The notes below the pieces were generated by a model. The model did no database searches, was not told where the DNA came from, and worked only from the letters and a program-made list of their open reading frames with translations. Both the position numbers and the translations under genes were made by a program. This document shows positions 39,830-52,042 of a stretch of 64,000 bases of DNA, piece by piece. The stretch spans positions 18,662,001 to 18,726,000 of the forward strand of contig NC_091998.1 of assembly GCF_044704955.1 (NCBI RefSeq), given 5' to 3'. How positions within the stretch are numbered: position 1 is the stretch's first letter; each line of letters begins with the position of its first letter. The stretch is from Pristiophorus japonicus (taxonomy: Eukaryota).

Positions 39830-40269
39830 AGACCATCAGCCGGCCCAGGCAGCGGGCGGTCGAGGGGGTCGTTCAGCCCGACTGCCTGACTCGCTTCCGC
39901 AGTTACATCCGAGCCAGGGTGACCCTGGAGATGGAGCACGCGGTGTCCACCGGTACGCTCGCGGCCTTCCGTGAGAGGTGGGCACCGGAGGGACTGGAGT
40001 GCATCATCACCCCCGGCAACCAAATTTTAATTTGATTTTAAATGTCTAAAGTTTAATTTATTTATTGTGCCGGTTTTAGTGCCCCCTGCCCCCCCGCCTT
40101 TAGCCAGGGAGCACTTGTATAATTTGTGTTTTTAGTTCCCTAAAAAAACCCAAAAAAAACAAGGGGGCACTTGTTTGAAAGTCTTTGGCGTGTCCCCCAC
40201 CCCTTCTTTAATCATGGGGCACTTGATTTAATTGTTTTCTACAAAAATAGAGCTGTCGAACAAAAGTAG
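39830..40269 (+). mobile_element. Tx1-clade LINE, 5'-truncated (copy C, outside the host element)
   Basis: Near-identical to the 3' end of copy A; perfect 11-bp TSD ttgtggaatgt. Confidence 0.85.
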
Positions 40270-41169
40270 TTGTGGAATGTGGCATTATTTCTGTCGGCAG
40301 GCAACATTAAGCTGGACACAAACATGATCTCTGTCCCCGTTACAGAGAGAAGTCATTTGTGAACTTACCGTCTTCAGGTCTTGTGTGAGGCTGGGAGTTT
40401 GGTTTACGAGCTGTTCTTTTCTGTTCCCACTCCGTTCCCCCGTGAATAAGTGATACAATGTACACTCCTTCCCCAACATGTGACACCGTGCCTGTGTGTG
40501 ATATCATCTCCCAACCCGCACAACATCTTGGGAGGCTGCCACATCTCAGCCCTGGTCACTGCCAACAGCGACTCCTCCTCCGCACAGTGTGACTGACGGC
40601 TGGTCCAAGCAGGGTCACTCACACGGTGCGACTGAAACCATTCCTCCCATTGCACTCCTTAAAGTTTCCACTAAGTTGAGGGGGGGCGGAATTTGGTTCA
40701 GAGAATGGACCCAGAAGAGACATCTCATTTTCAGCACAATGAATTTTCAAACAGTTGATAGAATGATGTGATGTGCTTTATTCTATTACCTAGTGAGTTG
40801 CAAATGACATTGAAAAAAAATCGCCAAACATCATGGAATGTTCCAGCTGTCACCGCAAATCTCAGATAAGCAAGAACTACACACCAGGGGGCAGGTCAAA
40901 GCTGGCCTATAAACATGGCATCGCAGTCCCAGTCAGGGCAACAGCTCCCCAACCTGTGCAACGATTGACTCCGTGTTCTGCAATACTCTGCCATGTTCTT
41001 TAATATTGTGATGGCACTACACTGAATCATTCACAATAAATCGCACTGAAATTTTGATCGTTTAAAAAAAAACCCACAACTGGCTTAAGTTCCTAATCTC
41101 AGAGGAGAGACCTCCCGACAGAAAGCAGGGAACAACTGGACAGGTTGCCTCCAATAGCTGCTGTCAAAC

Positions 41170-41686
41170 ACCTCCCAACATCAGCGTCCTCATCCAGGCC
41201 AACATCCCCAGCATTGAAGCACTGAGCACACTCGATCAGCTTCGCTGGGCAGGCCACATTGTCCGCATGCCAGACACGAGACTCCCAAAGCAAGTGCTCT
41301 ACTCGGAACTCCTTCACCGTAAACGAGCCAAAGGTGGGCAGTGGAAACGCTACAAGGACACCCTCAAAGCCTCCCTGATAAAGTGCAACATCCCCACTGA
41401 CACCTGGGAGTCCCTGGCCTAAGACCGCTCTAAGTGGAGGAAGTGCATCCGGGAGGATGCTGAGCACCTCGAGTCTCAATGCCGAGAGCATGCAGAAATC
41501 AAGCGCAGACAGCGGAAAGAGTGTGTGGCAAACCTGTCCCACCCACCCTTTCCCTCAACGACTATCTGTCCCAACTGTGACAGAGACTGTGGCTCTCATA
41601 TTGGACTGTTCAGCCACCAAAGAACTCACTTCAGGGGTGGAAACAAGTCTTCCTCGATTCCGAGGGACTGCCTATGATGATGATGA
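41170..41686 (+). mobile_element. RTE-clade LINE 3' fragment
   Basis: QLRWAGHIVRMPDTRLPKQVLYSEL...KRYKDTLKASL; (tga)n tail. Confidence 0.85.
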
Positions 41687-42091
41687 TTGGATCGGCCTGG
41701 GATCAGACTACAAATACTACCCAATTGGTTGCAGAGTTGCATGCTTTGGAGAGGAATCCTGTGAGGGGGGAATAGGAAACAAGAGATTGCTGTTATTGTA
41801 GACCAATGTATATTTATATTTACAACAATAAAAAGCTGGATAGATTAAAGAGACTATATGGCCCTACTAAAGTGTGTACGGGCAATTTAGCAGTGCAAGG
41901 GGATGCAGATGATATTTTTTGCAGTAAGCCATTGCAGAAACTCAATGCTATAAACTCTCTGAAAGGATGTCTCTTTTAATAAATAATGTGATCAGACTGC
42001 CTCTGGACTTCTGCAGTTAAGAAACATTTAAAACCTTGAGCAAGAGGCAATGACGCTGCATCAATTGGTTGTCCCTCAGCGATCCGAGCGA

Positions 42092-42312
42092 TTATGTGTG
42101 GTCTTGTGCCAACTGCTGTTTCTTCTTATCGTTCAACTCTATGTCCAGGTTGCGTAACTGTTCCAGAAATCCCCGATTGGGTGAAATGGGCCTGTATAAA
42201 ATGAGCCTGTCGACGGCACTGAGCAGAGAGCGGTTGTGATAAATCATAAGATAGGCCAGGACCAGGGAGGCGGATCTGCTCATTCCAAGAATACAATGCA
42301 CCAGTAACTTCG
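42092..42312 (-). CDS. DUSP13A-like (third paralog) last coding exon
   Basis: tcttgcag|CG, then [72 protein letters not shown]. Confidence 0.88.
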
Positions 42313-42967
42313 CTGCAAGAGAACAGAGATGATTGCTAAGTGTTTGGATTCTTCAATCACATAAATGATACATTCTAAGTCCAAACCATGTCAGCTGTGG
42401 CTCAGTGGGCAGCACACTCGCCTCTGAGTGGGAGGTGCTGTCTTTCGGATAAGATGTTAAACCGAGGCCCTGTCTGCCCTCTCATGTGGATATAAAAGAT
42501 CCCATGGCACTATTTCTAAGAAGAGCAGGGGAGTTATCTGGCGGTTGTGAAAGGTGCTATATAAATGTAAGTCTTTCTTTCAAACAATGCAAAAGATCTG
42601 TACTGGGCTCCCAATGACTATGTGGGTAAGTGTACAGGCAGAAATTGTTTTGAGCCACACCGATCGGGCAGGCCCAAGGGTCTGTGCTGAGTGAGCTGGT
42701 TTCGGTCAAAGTGGTAAAGTTTACCCACAATGCCCCAGGACTGGGAGGGGAAAGGTCATTTGGGATTCCTGCTCTCGGTTGGTATCCAGTCACCCACACT
42801 GGCAGGTTTGACATGTGTTGACATGAAGTGGGGGCTGGATCAGGCTGGCCTGCAACTCTCTTCACAGTGGATCCACCTGCTGATGTTCATATATGGAGAA
42901 CGGACTCTTGGGTGAGACACGAGAAGGCTGTTGGCAATGATGCCCCAGCAAGTTCCCATCTTCAGAA

Positions 42968-43433
42968 AAGAAAGACTTACAGTTATACAACGCCTTTCAT
43001 GACCTCAGATCGCCCCAGAGCGCTTCACAGCCAATGAAGTACATTTTGAAGTTTAGTCATTGTTGTAACGTAGGAAACATAGGCAGACAATTTGTGCACA
43101 GCAAGCTCCCACAAACAGCAATGTGGTAATGACCAGATCATGTGTTTTAGTGATGTTGGTTGAGGGATAAATATTGACCAGGACACCGGGGATAACTCCT
43201 CTGCTCTTCTTCAAAATAGTGTCATGGGATCTTTCACATCCACCTGAGAGGGTAGAGGGGGTCTCGGTTTAATATTTCTCCCGAAAAGTCAGCACCTCCA
43301 ACAGTGCAGCATTCCCTCAGCACCGCACTGGAGTATCAGCCTAGATTTTTGTGCTCAAGTCCCTGAAGTGGGACTTGAACCCACAACCTTCTGACTCAGA
43401 GTCAAGAGTGCTACCCACCGAGCCATGGCTGAC
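42968..43433 (-). mobile_element. Near full-length tRNA-derived SINE
   Basis: A-box-like tggctcggtgg, B-box-like ggttcaagtcc, conserved core and L2-type tail. Confidence 0.8.
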
Positions 43434-43654
43434 AACAGTGCTGTAGCTGTTCATTAATAGGTACACAACACTCACTAGGGTGACTTTCCCTCTCGTTCTC
43501 ATTCCCTCCCTAACTGTAGGGGAGCATCTAGCCTTTGTTTGACACTTCCCCATGAAATCAATAGCTTCACATGACCCTCTGTGCCACTCTGTGTCAGTCC
43601 ATGATGTACCAATGGACCACACCACATGACTGCATCTTTTTAGAGTCTCAATGG

Positions 43655-44015
43655 CATAGGAACAGGAGGAGGCCGTTGAATCCCTCGAGCCTGTTCCACC
43701 ATTCAATGAGATCATGGCTGATCTGTGCCCTAACTCTATATACCCGCCTTTGGCCCGTTTCCCTTAATACCTTTGGTTAACAAAAAACTATTAATTTCCG
43801 ATTTAAAATTAACAATTGATCTAGCATCAATTGCCATTTGCAGAAGGGAGTTCCAAACTTCTACTACCCTTTGTATGTAGAAATGTTTCCTAATTTCACT
43901 CCTGAAAGGCCTGGCTCTAAATTTTGGACTGTGCCCCCTAGTCATAGTCATGTGCCCCCAACCAGCAGAAATAATTTCTCTCTATCTACCCTATCTGTTC
44001 CACTTAATATCTTGA
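43655..44015 (-). mobile_element. CR1 LINE 3' fragment
   Basis: TRGHSPKFRARPFRSEIRKHFYIQRVVEVWNSL. Confidence 0.75.
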
Positions 44016-44179
44016 CTTTATGACTTTATATGAGAAAAGGTCACCAGTCATGTGCCGCAAACTATGGCAACCCACCCTTCTGTACTAATTGGATGGTTCC
44101 AGACAATAAGTAGATTCATCAACAGCAACACTCTCTCTTTAGCACATCTAACTGCAGTGGACATCAAAACATGCCTTAC

Positions 44180-44397
44180 CATCTGGAGTATTCAGTGTTT
44201 GATGTATCTGTTCAGCTGCAGTGTAGAAATACATACTTAGGTCAAAGTCTGGGGAATCGTCAGCTGCTATACCGCAGTAATTTATTTTCTTGCCGTAGAA
44301 GATTTGATCTCCTTTGCTGCCCCATTTGGAGTGTGCAGCATTTAACACATGAGTGATCCCCATCTTCCTTAATTGTTTTCTGTCATGGGCTATTAGC
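44180..44397 (-). CDS. DUSP13A-like middle coding exon (218 bp)
   Basis: gttacag|G ... GAT G|gtaagg. Encodes LIAHDRKQLRKMGITHVLNAAHSKWGSKGDQIFYGKKINYCGIAADDSPDFDLSMYFYTAAEQIHQTLNTPD; one codon shorter than the equivalent exon of the other two paralogs. Confidence 0.88.
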
Positions 44398-44599
44398 CTG
44401 TAACGAGAATGGAATGATCATGTAAGTTTTCAGTTTTGTGAGAAAGTACTGTAAAGTTGTGCTCCTCACCACAAAGATGAGGAAAATCCCTTGTGTGACT
44501 GAGTTAGTCGATTGCTCAGCCAGTGATAGTAGGAACTCTGCAATTGGGAGGAATTGGTCCAGCACTAAGGGAATTAAAGAGATACGGGGATAGGGCGGG

Positions 44600-44873
44600 T
44601 GTAATGTATGCACCCGTGAGTATGCTCACTGGTTTATAGAGCTGTTGCATTGTGAGTGGCTTAGCCAGTCACGCCATGTTCACAAGACTCAATAAAACCC
44701 CAGTCATTTGAGTCTAGCTCATCCACGATGAGGTATGCAGTTGTGAGCCTGGTGGATGAACTGGTAATGTGCAGTGTGATTGTTAAACCTTTGTTAATAA
44801 ACCAACTAGTTCTTAATAGCAATGTGTTGCTCTGAATTCTTAAGCAAAGAATCCATGAAGCAAATAGAGTACA
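44600..44873 (+). mobile_element. Small TG...CA element (probable solo LTR), empty-site copy, 274 bp
   Basis: TGTAATG...GTACA ends; perfect TSD gcggg; two AATAAA; inserted in a CR1 3' UTR; single target ttatagagctgttgc at 44634. Confidence 0.85.
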
Positions 44874-45018
44874 GCGGGAAAGTTGAGATCAGCCATGATC
44901 TTATTGAATGGCGGAGCAGGCTTGAGGGGCCGAATGGCTGACTCCTGCTCCCATTTCTTATGTTATGTTATGTAAGGTTCTTGTTCCTGATTATAACCCC
45001 ACTGGATAATATTAGATG

Positions 45019-48000
45019 TGATACGTATGCTAATCACTATAATAAATCACACATGGCCCATTTGCTGGAGCTGATCACCTTGTGACCTTTCGGTTTAATG
45101 TAAACTCCAAAAGTGAAACCTGCAGGAGGAGCCTGCTTTATATAGGAAGGCAGCACGAGGTGCAGTAATGTGTGCCTCCCAGTCTTTCCCCATCTGTTGG
45201 CTGTTACATGTAATTACATGGTACAGAGCTTGGTACAGAGTATGGCTGCAAATACATCACAACACTTCACCCCAAGTCTTAGATGAGGTTTATAGGTCGA
45301 GCCTGGCCGGGGGTCTGCGCTCTCTGGTCGAGCGTCTGAGTTGGGCGCTGGGTGTGGGCAGCCTGACCGGAGTGTCGCTGACTTGCGGTGCTGTGGCTCT
45401 GGTCGGACTGTCCGATGCGACGGGTTCTGTCTTTTGGTGCACCGCTGGTTCTGTTGCTTGTGGTTGGAAGTCGATGTCACTGTAGTCATCCAGCAGTTCT
45501 GGATCATCGGTGAACCTCAATTTGGTTTGATCAACATGCTTCCTGTAAGTTTGGCCATTAGTGAGTCTTACCACGAATACCCTACTCCCCTCTTTAGCTA
45601 CGACAGTGTCTGCGAGCCACTTGGGGCCCTACCAAATTTCAGCACGAAATCAAGATCATCGATATTGATACAACGCGTTACAGAGTTGCGGTCATGATAT
45701 GTACATTGCTTAAGATGCCGGTTTTCGACAATCTCACTTAAAACCGGGTGCACGAGGGACAACCTTGTTTTGAGGGTCCTCTTCATGAGGAGTTCAGCGG
45801 CTGGAACCCTTGTGAGTGAGGCCTCGTCCGATAGACAGGGCTGCAAGGGGCCTTCCGTCACTTGCTACATGCCCTGCTTTATGATCTGTATTGCCCGTTC
45901 AGCTTGGCCATTGGTGGATGGTTTGAACGGGGCCGACCTGACATGCTGTATGCTGTTACAGCACATAAATTCATGAAATTTGGAACTCGTAAAACATGGT
46001 CCATTGTCACTAACAAGGTCGTCGGGCAGGCCATGGGTGGCGATCATTGTCCAAAGGCTCTGTATTGTGGCGGTGGATGTGCTGGACGACATTATAACAC
46101 ATTCGATCCATTTCGAATAAACATCAATTACAACCAGGAACATTTTTCCTAGAAAGGGACCCGCGTAGTCTAGGTGGATACGGGACCAGGGTTTGGAGGG
46201 CCAGGTCCACAGGCTCAGGGGGGCTTCCCTGGGTGCGTTGCTGAGTTGCGCGCACGTGTTGCACCAGCGTACGCACGACTAAGTCTGCGTTGATGCCGGG
46301 CCACTTCACGTGCGATCTCGCAATGGCTTTCATCATTACGATGCCGGGGTGTGTGCTATGGAGATCCTTGACAAAATAAATCTCTGCCCTTCTTGGGCAG
46401 GACTACGCAATTTCCCCATAAAATGCAGTCGGCCTGGACGGATAACTTGTCCTTGCGCCGGTAAAATAGCTTAAAATCACCATGCATCTCTCCATACGGG
46501 TTGCCCAGTTTCCACTTAATATACAGTTTTTCACCTGGGACAGCAGTGAGTCTTGGCTGGTCCAGATTCTTATCTGGTGTGCCGTGATGGGTGACCCTTC
46601 GCCCTCAAAGGCTTCCATGGCCATGACCACTTCCGTGGGCTGTTCCGCTTTACCTTCGGGTGGTGGTGAGCGGGAGCCGGCTGAGCGAATCTACGCAGTT
46701 ATCGGTGCCTGGTCTGTGGCGGATCGTGTAGTCGTAAGCGGACAGCGTTAATGCCCACCTCTGAATGTGAGCTGAGGCATTGGTATTAATGCCTTTGCTC
46801 TCAGAGAATAACGACGTGAGCAGCTTGTGGTCAGTTTCTAGTTCCAACCGCTGGCCAAATAGGTACTGGTCAGCTTTTTTACCGCATACACACAAGCTAG
46901 GGCCTCTTTTTTGACCATGCTGTACCCCCTTTCAGCCTTGGAAAGGCTGTGGGACGCATATGCTGCAGGTTGGAGCTTACCCGACACGTTCGCTTGCTGA
47001 AGCACACAGCCGATCCCGTAGGATGACGCATCGCACGCTAAAATAAGATGCCTACAGGGATCATACAGACCAGTAGTTTGTTTGAACACAGTAAGTTTCT
47101 GGCCTTCTCGAAGGCAATTTCTTAATTTTTACCCCAGACCCAGTCTTCACCCTTACCGAGCAGTACATGTAATGGTTCAAGCAAAATGCTCAGCCCAGGC
47201 AGAAAGTTACCAAAGTCGTTCAGTAGTCCTAGGAACGAGCGTAGCTCCGTTGTGGTCTCGAGGCCTTCTGGATCGCCTCCGTCTTGGAGTCTGAGGGTCT
47301 GATGCCATCAGCTGCGATTCTCCTTCCCAGGAATTCCACCTCTGGAACCAAGAAGATGCATTTGAATTGTTTCAATCTTAGACCTACTCGATTTAGTCGG
47401 CCTAGCACCTCTTCCAGGTTATGGAGGTGTTCATCAGTGTCGTGTCCGGTGATCAAGATGTCGTCTTGGAAGACGACAATTCCCGGGACAGATTTCAGCA
47501 GGCTCTCCATGTTTCGTTGGAAGATCGCAGCCACTGAACGGATCCCGAAGGGGCACCGATTGTATACGAACAACCCCTTGTGTATGTTTATGCATGTCAG
47601 CTTCTTGGACGATTCTGCCAGCTCCTGGGTCATGTACGCCGAGGTGAGGTCCAATTTCGAAAACAGCTTTCCCCCCGACAGGGTCGCGAACAAATCCTCC
47701 GCCTTAGGTAGCGGGTACTGGTCCTGTTACGATACTCGGTTTATGGTTACTTTATAATCCCCACAGATTCTAATTGTCCCATCACTTTTAAGAACGGGGA
47801 CAATGGGACTGGCCCAGTCATTAAATTCCACTGGCGATATAATGACTTCACTCGATCTGGCTCGACTTCTACTTTCTCCCGCATCATGTAAGGGACCGCT
47901 CTGGCCTTGTGGTGAACAGGTCTCGTGTCTGGGCTGAGGTGAATTGTCGATGCCAGGCTGGAACAGTGACGGAAACTAGTCTAAGACCTGCGCACATCCC

Positions 48001-49490
48001 ATTTCCAGTTAAAATTCCGTTGCCAGCTGCTACCAAGCAGCGAGGGCTCGTTACCGGGAACAATCCATAGTGGCAATTTATGCACAGAACCATCATACAG
48101 CACCTGAACCATTGCACTTCCGAGGACCGGGATAATTTCTTTGGTGTCGGTGTGCAGCTTCGCGTCGATTGGGCTCAGCTTGGGCCTGTGTGCCTTGTTT
48201 GTCCATAACTTCTCGAAGGCCTTCTGGCTCATGATCGATTGGCTCGCACCCGTTTCCAGTTCCATTGGTACCGGTATGCCGTTCAGTTTAACGTTCATCA
48301 TAATCGAGGGACTCTCGTTGGTAAAGGTGAGCACATTTCTGCGCGATCCTCAGGATCTACGCTTGACCTTCTATCCTCCGCTACGTATTGAGTTTCAGCA
48401 CGTTTACACATTCGTTGAAGGTGCCCCGTCATTGAGCAACTCTTGCAGACATATTGTTTGAACCCGCACTGGTTTGCGCGATGAGCCCCTCCACAGCGCC
48501 AACAGCTTGCTGATGGACTTTCATTCACAGCTACTGATCTCTTCGCATTAGTCCATTGTTGGGGTGACTGAGCCATCTCAGGTCGAGCAGAGGTCGCACT
48601 AGCCCAGCTGGGGGCACTTCTCCTGTCTGCCGACGAACTTAGCTTATTCACTGTGTTTGGCCCCGGGTGATTCCGAAGTTGTGAGTAGAGTGGCTTTGTT
48701 TCTTCCTCTCTGGCCATGTATGTCTGAGCAATCAGGGCGGCTTTGGCTAAGTCCAAGTCTTCCTCCGCTAGTAACAATTTGCGGAAAATCCCTTCGTGCC
48801 CGATTCCCAAAACAAAGAAGTCTCTTAACATTTCTTGAAGAACTGTCCTGAATTCGCATGGCCCAGCAAGACGCCTTAGCTCAGCGATGAACGCTACCAC
48901 GTCTTGGCCTACTCCGCGCCCGTGGGTGTAGAAACGTTACCTCGCCATGAGCGCACTGCGTTTCGGCTTTTGGTGATTTCGAACTAGCTCGCACAGTTCT
49001 TCATAACTTTTCTCAGCGGCTTTCCTCGGGGCCAGTAGGCCTTGATCAGTGCGTATGTCCGTGATCTACAGACCGTGAGGAGGACGGCCCTGCGTTTGCT
49101 GGCATTCGCGTCTCCCTCGAAATCTTTCGCAACAAAGCATTGATCCAGCCGGTCAATTAAGTCATCCCTGTCTTCCCCGACGAAATATCGCTCGATGTAG
49201 TCAACAGTGGCCATAGCTGCGTGTTAGTATCCCATCTTCGTCGCCAGTTGATACGTATGCTTATCACTATAATAAATCACACGTGGCCCATTGCTGGAGC
49301 TGATCACCTTGTGACCTTTCGGTTTAATGTAAACTCCAAAAGTGAAACCTGCAGGAGGAGCCTGCTTTATATAGGGAGGCAGCACGAGGTGCAGTAATGT
49401 GTGCCTCCCAGGCTTTCCCCATCTGTTGGCTGTTACATGTAATTACATGGTACAGAGCTTGGTACAGAGTATGGCTGCAAATACATCACA
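45019..49490 (-). mobile_element. Full-span Gypsy (Mag-type) provirus, decayed
   Basis: LTRs 45019-45261 and 49249-49490 (4 substitutions and 1 indel by eye); perfect TSD agatg; PBS tggcgacgaagatgggat; gag, PR, RT (FQDD), RH and IN fragments. Confidence 0.94.
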
Positions 49491-50239
49491 AGATGAGCTC
49501 AGGACTGGCTGTTTTGCCTCCTTCAGTTAAATAGTCTGCAGCTGCTCATCGTCTAACCTCATTTATAAAGAATTGGTGACTTAGCAAGGTACTGGAGGAT
49601 TGACACAGCCTGTGGAACTTCCAGATAAGGAGGGTGAAAAATGGAACAAAAATGTAATATTTTTATCAACAAATGTGTACGTTTACTTTTTGAATTTTGC
49701 TGTTGGTCCCTAGAAGCCTCCATTTGAACCTTAACTGATATTGTACACAGAGGCGGGATTGATACAAGGGCAGGTCCCGTCATTAGAATTGAACAGTGGA
49801 AAATTGATGGTTGACTCACTGATGGAGAAATTCTGATTAAGCTACTGGGATGTTGTCCTCTCATCCCACCACAGGACGTCTCCGACATGGTCAGCCATGA
49901 TCTAATTGAATGGCGCAACAGGCTCAAGGGGCCTGCTCCTGTCCCTCTGTTTCCAACCCAGCATTGTGTACTTAGATTTAGTGAACCTCATTGGGAGAGC
50001 TGTGATGGGTCTCATCTGGGCCACTAGATGGAGCCCTGCTTGGGAGAACCTTGCTATTTCACAAGGTGTAAAACATATACCAAACGCCTCACTCTCTTCA
50101 CAAGAAACAGATCAATGTGCTCGCACTCTCCCCCACCAATTACCATCGGCCTTTAGAGACCAAATACAAACATCTCTCTGCCTGTCATTACCACAGATTA
50201 CCCATTTCAAAACAAATACTAGACAAACTATCTCTGCAA

Positions 50240-50575
50240 TCTCGCTAATCTCCTCCGGCCCCACAACCCCCCGAGATGTCTGTGCTCCTCTAATTCTGCC
50301 CTCTTGAGCATCCCTGATTATAATCGCTCAACCATTGGTGGCCGTGCCTTCTGTTGCCTGGGCCCCAAGCTCTGGAACTCTCTGCCTAAACCTCTCCGCC
50401 TCTCTACCTCTTTTTCCTCCTTCAAGACGCTCCTTAAAACCTATCTGTTTGACCAAGCTTTTGGTTGCCTCCGCTAATTTCTCCTTCTGTGGCTCGGTGT
50501 TAAATTTTTAATCTCATAATACTCCTTGGGACGTTTCACTATGTTAAAGGCGCTATATAAATACAATTGTTGTTA
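50240..50575 (+). mobile_element. L2-type LINE 3' end
   Basis: Close match to 10335-10697. Confidence 0.75.
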
Positions 50576-50863
50576 TTGCATTCAGAAGCTGTTTCTAATC
50601 CCAGCTGCAGTCCACACCTGTGTGAATTATGGAAGGTTTAGAATTTATTTTTTAACCTATTCATTATATCCTACAGACAGAGGTATCGCCATGTATTTCC
50701 TATTATAAAACTGCAAGCAGCTTATAAGAATGCACTTAAATGAATTTAATTTAATCCTATTTTTATCTCCAAAGATTATGCTTACAAAAAATCTGTACTG
50801 AGTTGCCCCCAGTGCTGTTTGCTACAAGTGTACTATCTCTGCATCATGTGCGTGCGTACTTAC

Positions 50864-51033
50864 AAATCTCCAATGTATAGGTTAGGCCACACTTCATCGA
50901 CATGGTTTAATTGGGCTCTGCTGCTCTCCAGGATTGTCTCCAATTCTACAACAGAGGGAGTTGTTGAATCACAGGTTGTGTTACTGTTAGAAGGATCTGG
51001 ACTGCCGCCCAGTAGAGATTCTGCTGCTGACAT
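50864..51033 (-). CDS. DUSP13A-like first coding exon
   Basis: ATG at 51033, preceded by an in-frame TGA and a tatttcag acceptor at 51053. MSAAESLLGGSPDPSNSNTTCDSTTPSVVELETILESSRAQLNHVDEVWPNLYIGD, then TT|gtaagt. Spliced CDS is 609 nt (202 aa). Confidence 0.86.
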
Positions 51034-51301
51034 GGGTACGCCTCAGTTTCTCCTGAAATATTGCTTTTGCAGGCTCGCCTGCCCTTCCCAACATTCACTG
51101 TTTAAATGTTTATTGCTGTGAATGTGATGATACTGAATTTCCTAGCTCTCTCTTTGACCTTTAGAAACAGCTGCGATTCCTGGCTCCATTTCATGCCACC
51201 ACGTGTCTATTAAGGACAGACACCTTTTTATGCAGTGCAGGGTTTAAATTTCTGCTTTTAATACAAAGCATAAATAAAAGAAACTGAAACGAATTTCACC
51301 T

Positions 51302-51757
51302 TGTAACGTTTGCACCTGTGAGGATGCTCACAGGTCTGTGGAGCTATGCGCTCGCGGCCTTCCGTGAGAGGTGGGCACTAGAGGGACTGGGGTGCATAAT
51401 CACCCCCGGGAAAAGAATTTTAATTTGATTTGGTAAGGTTCCCAGTTAATTTGGAAATTTGTGGGTTCAAGTGCCCGTACCAAAAGGGGGAACTTGGCGT
51501 AAAGTTATTTAAAAATAGTTGTAGAGCTGTTGCATTGTGAGTGGCTTAGCCAGTCACATGATGTTCACAAGACTCAATAAAACCCCAGCCAGTTGGGTCT
51601 AGGTCATCCACGATGAGGTATGCAGTTGTGAGCCTAGTGGATGAACTGGTAATGCGTAGCGTGATTGTTAAACCTTTGTTAATAAAGCAACTGGTTCTTA
51701 ATAGCAATGTGTTGCTATGAATTCTTAAGCAAGAATCCATGAAGCAAATACATTACA
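51302..51757 (+). mobile_element. Small TG...CA element (probable solo LTR) carrying a short Tx1 insertion (about 51346-51518, copy D)
   Basis: TGTAAC...ATTACA ends; TSD cacct/gacct; Tx1 3' end flanked by ctgtggagct / ttgtagagct. Confidence 0.85.
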
Positions 51758-52042
51758 GACCTCAAGTTTAATTTAGAACAGGGGAACCATGGTGTAGACT
51801 GCACAGTGTTTGATTGGTCATTGTAATTAGGACAATCTCCCACAAGGGGTCGCAACCTTCAGCTGGCTGCTGTGTATCGGTGGCACCAAAGTTGGCTTCC
51901 AGAACAATGGACGAAACTTTCAACTTCGTGGGTTAACGACTCGGCTGTCCACTATATACTCACCAAAGCCAAAGTCAAAAGTCCTGCCGAATGTCTTACA
52001 CAGTTCTATGGGCAGTGAAATGCTAACCCCTGGAGTCCCATC

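Noticed and set aside
43360-43433. tRNA gene
   Set aside because: The A/B boxes belong to a multicopy SINE head that continues into the SINE body.
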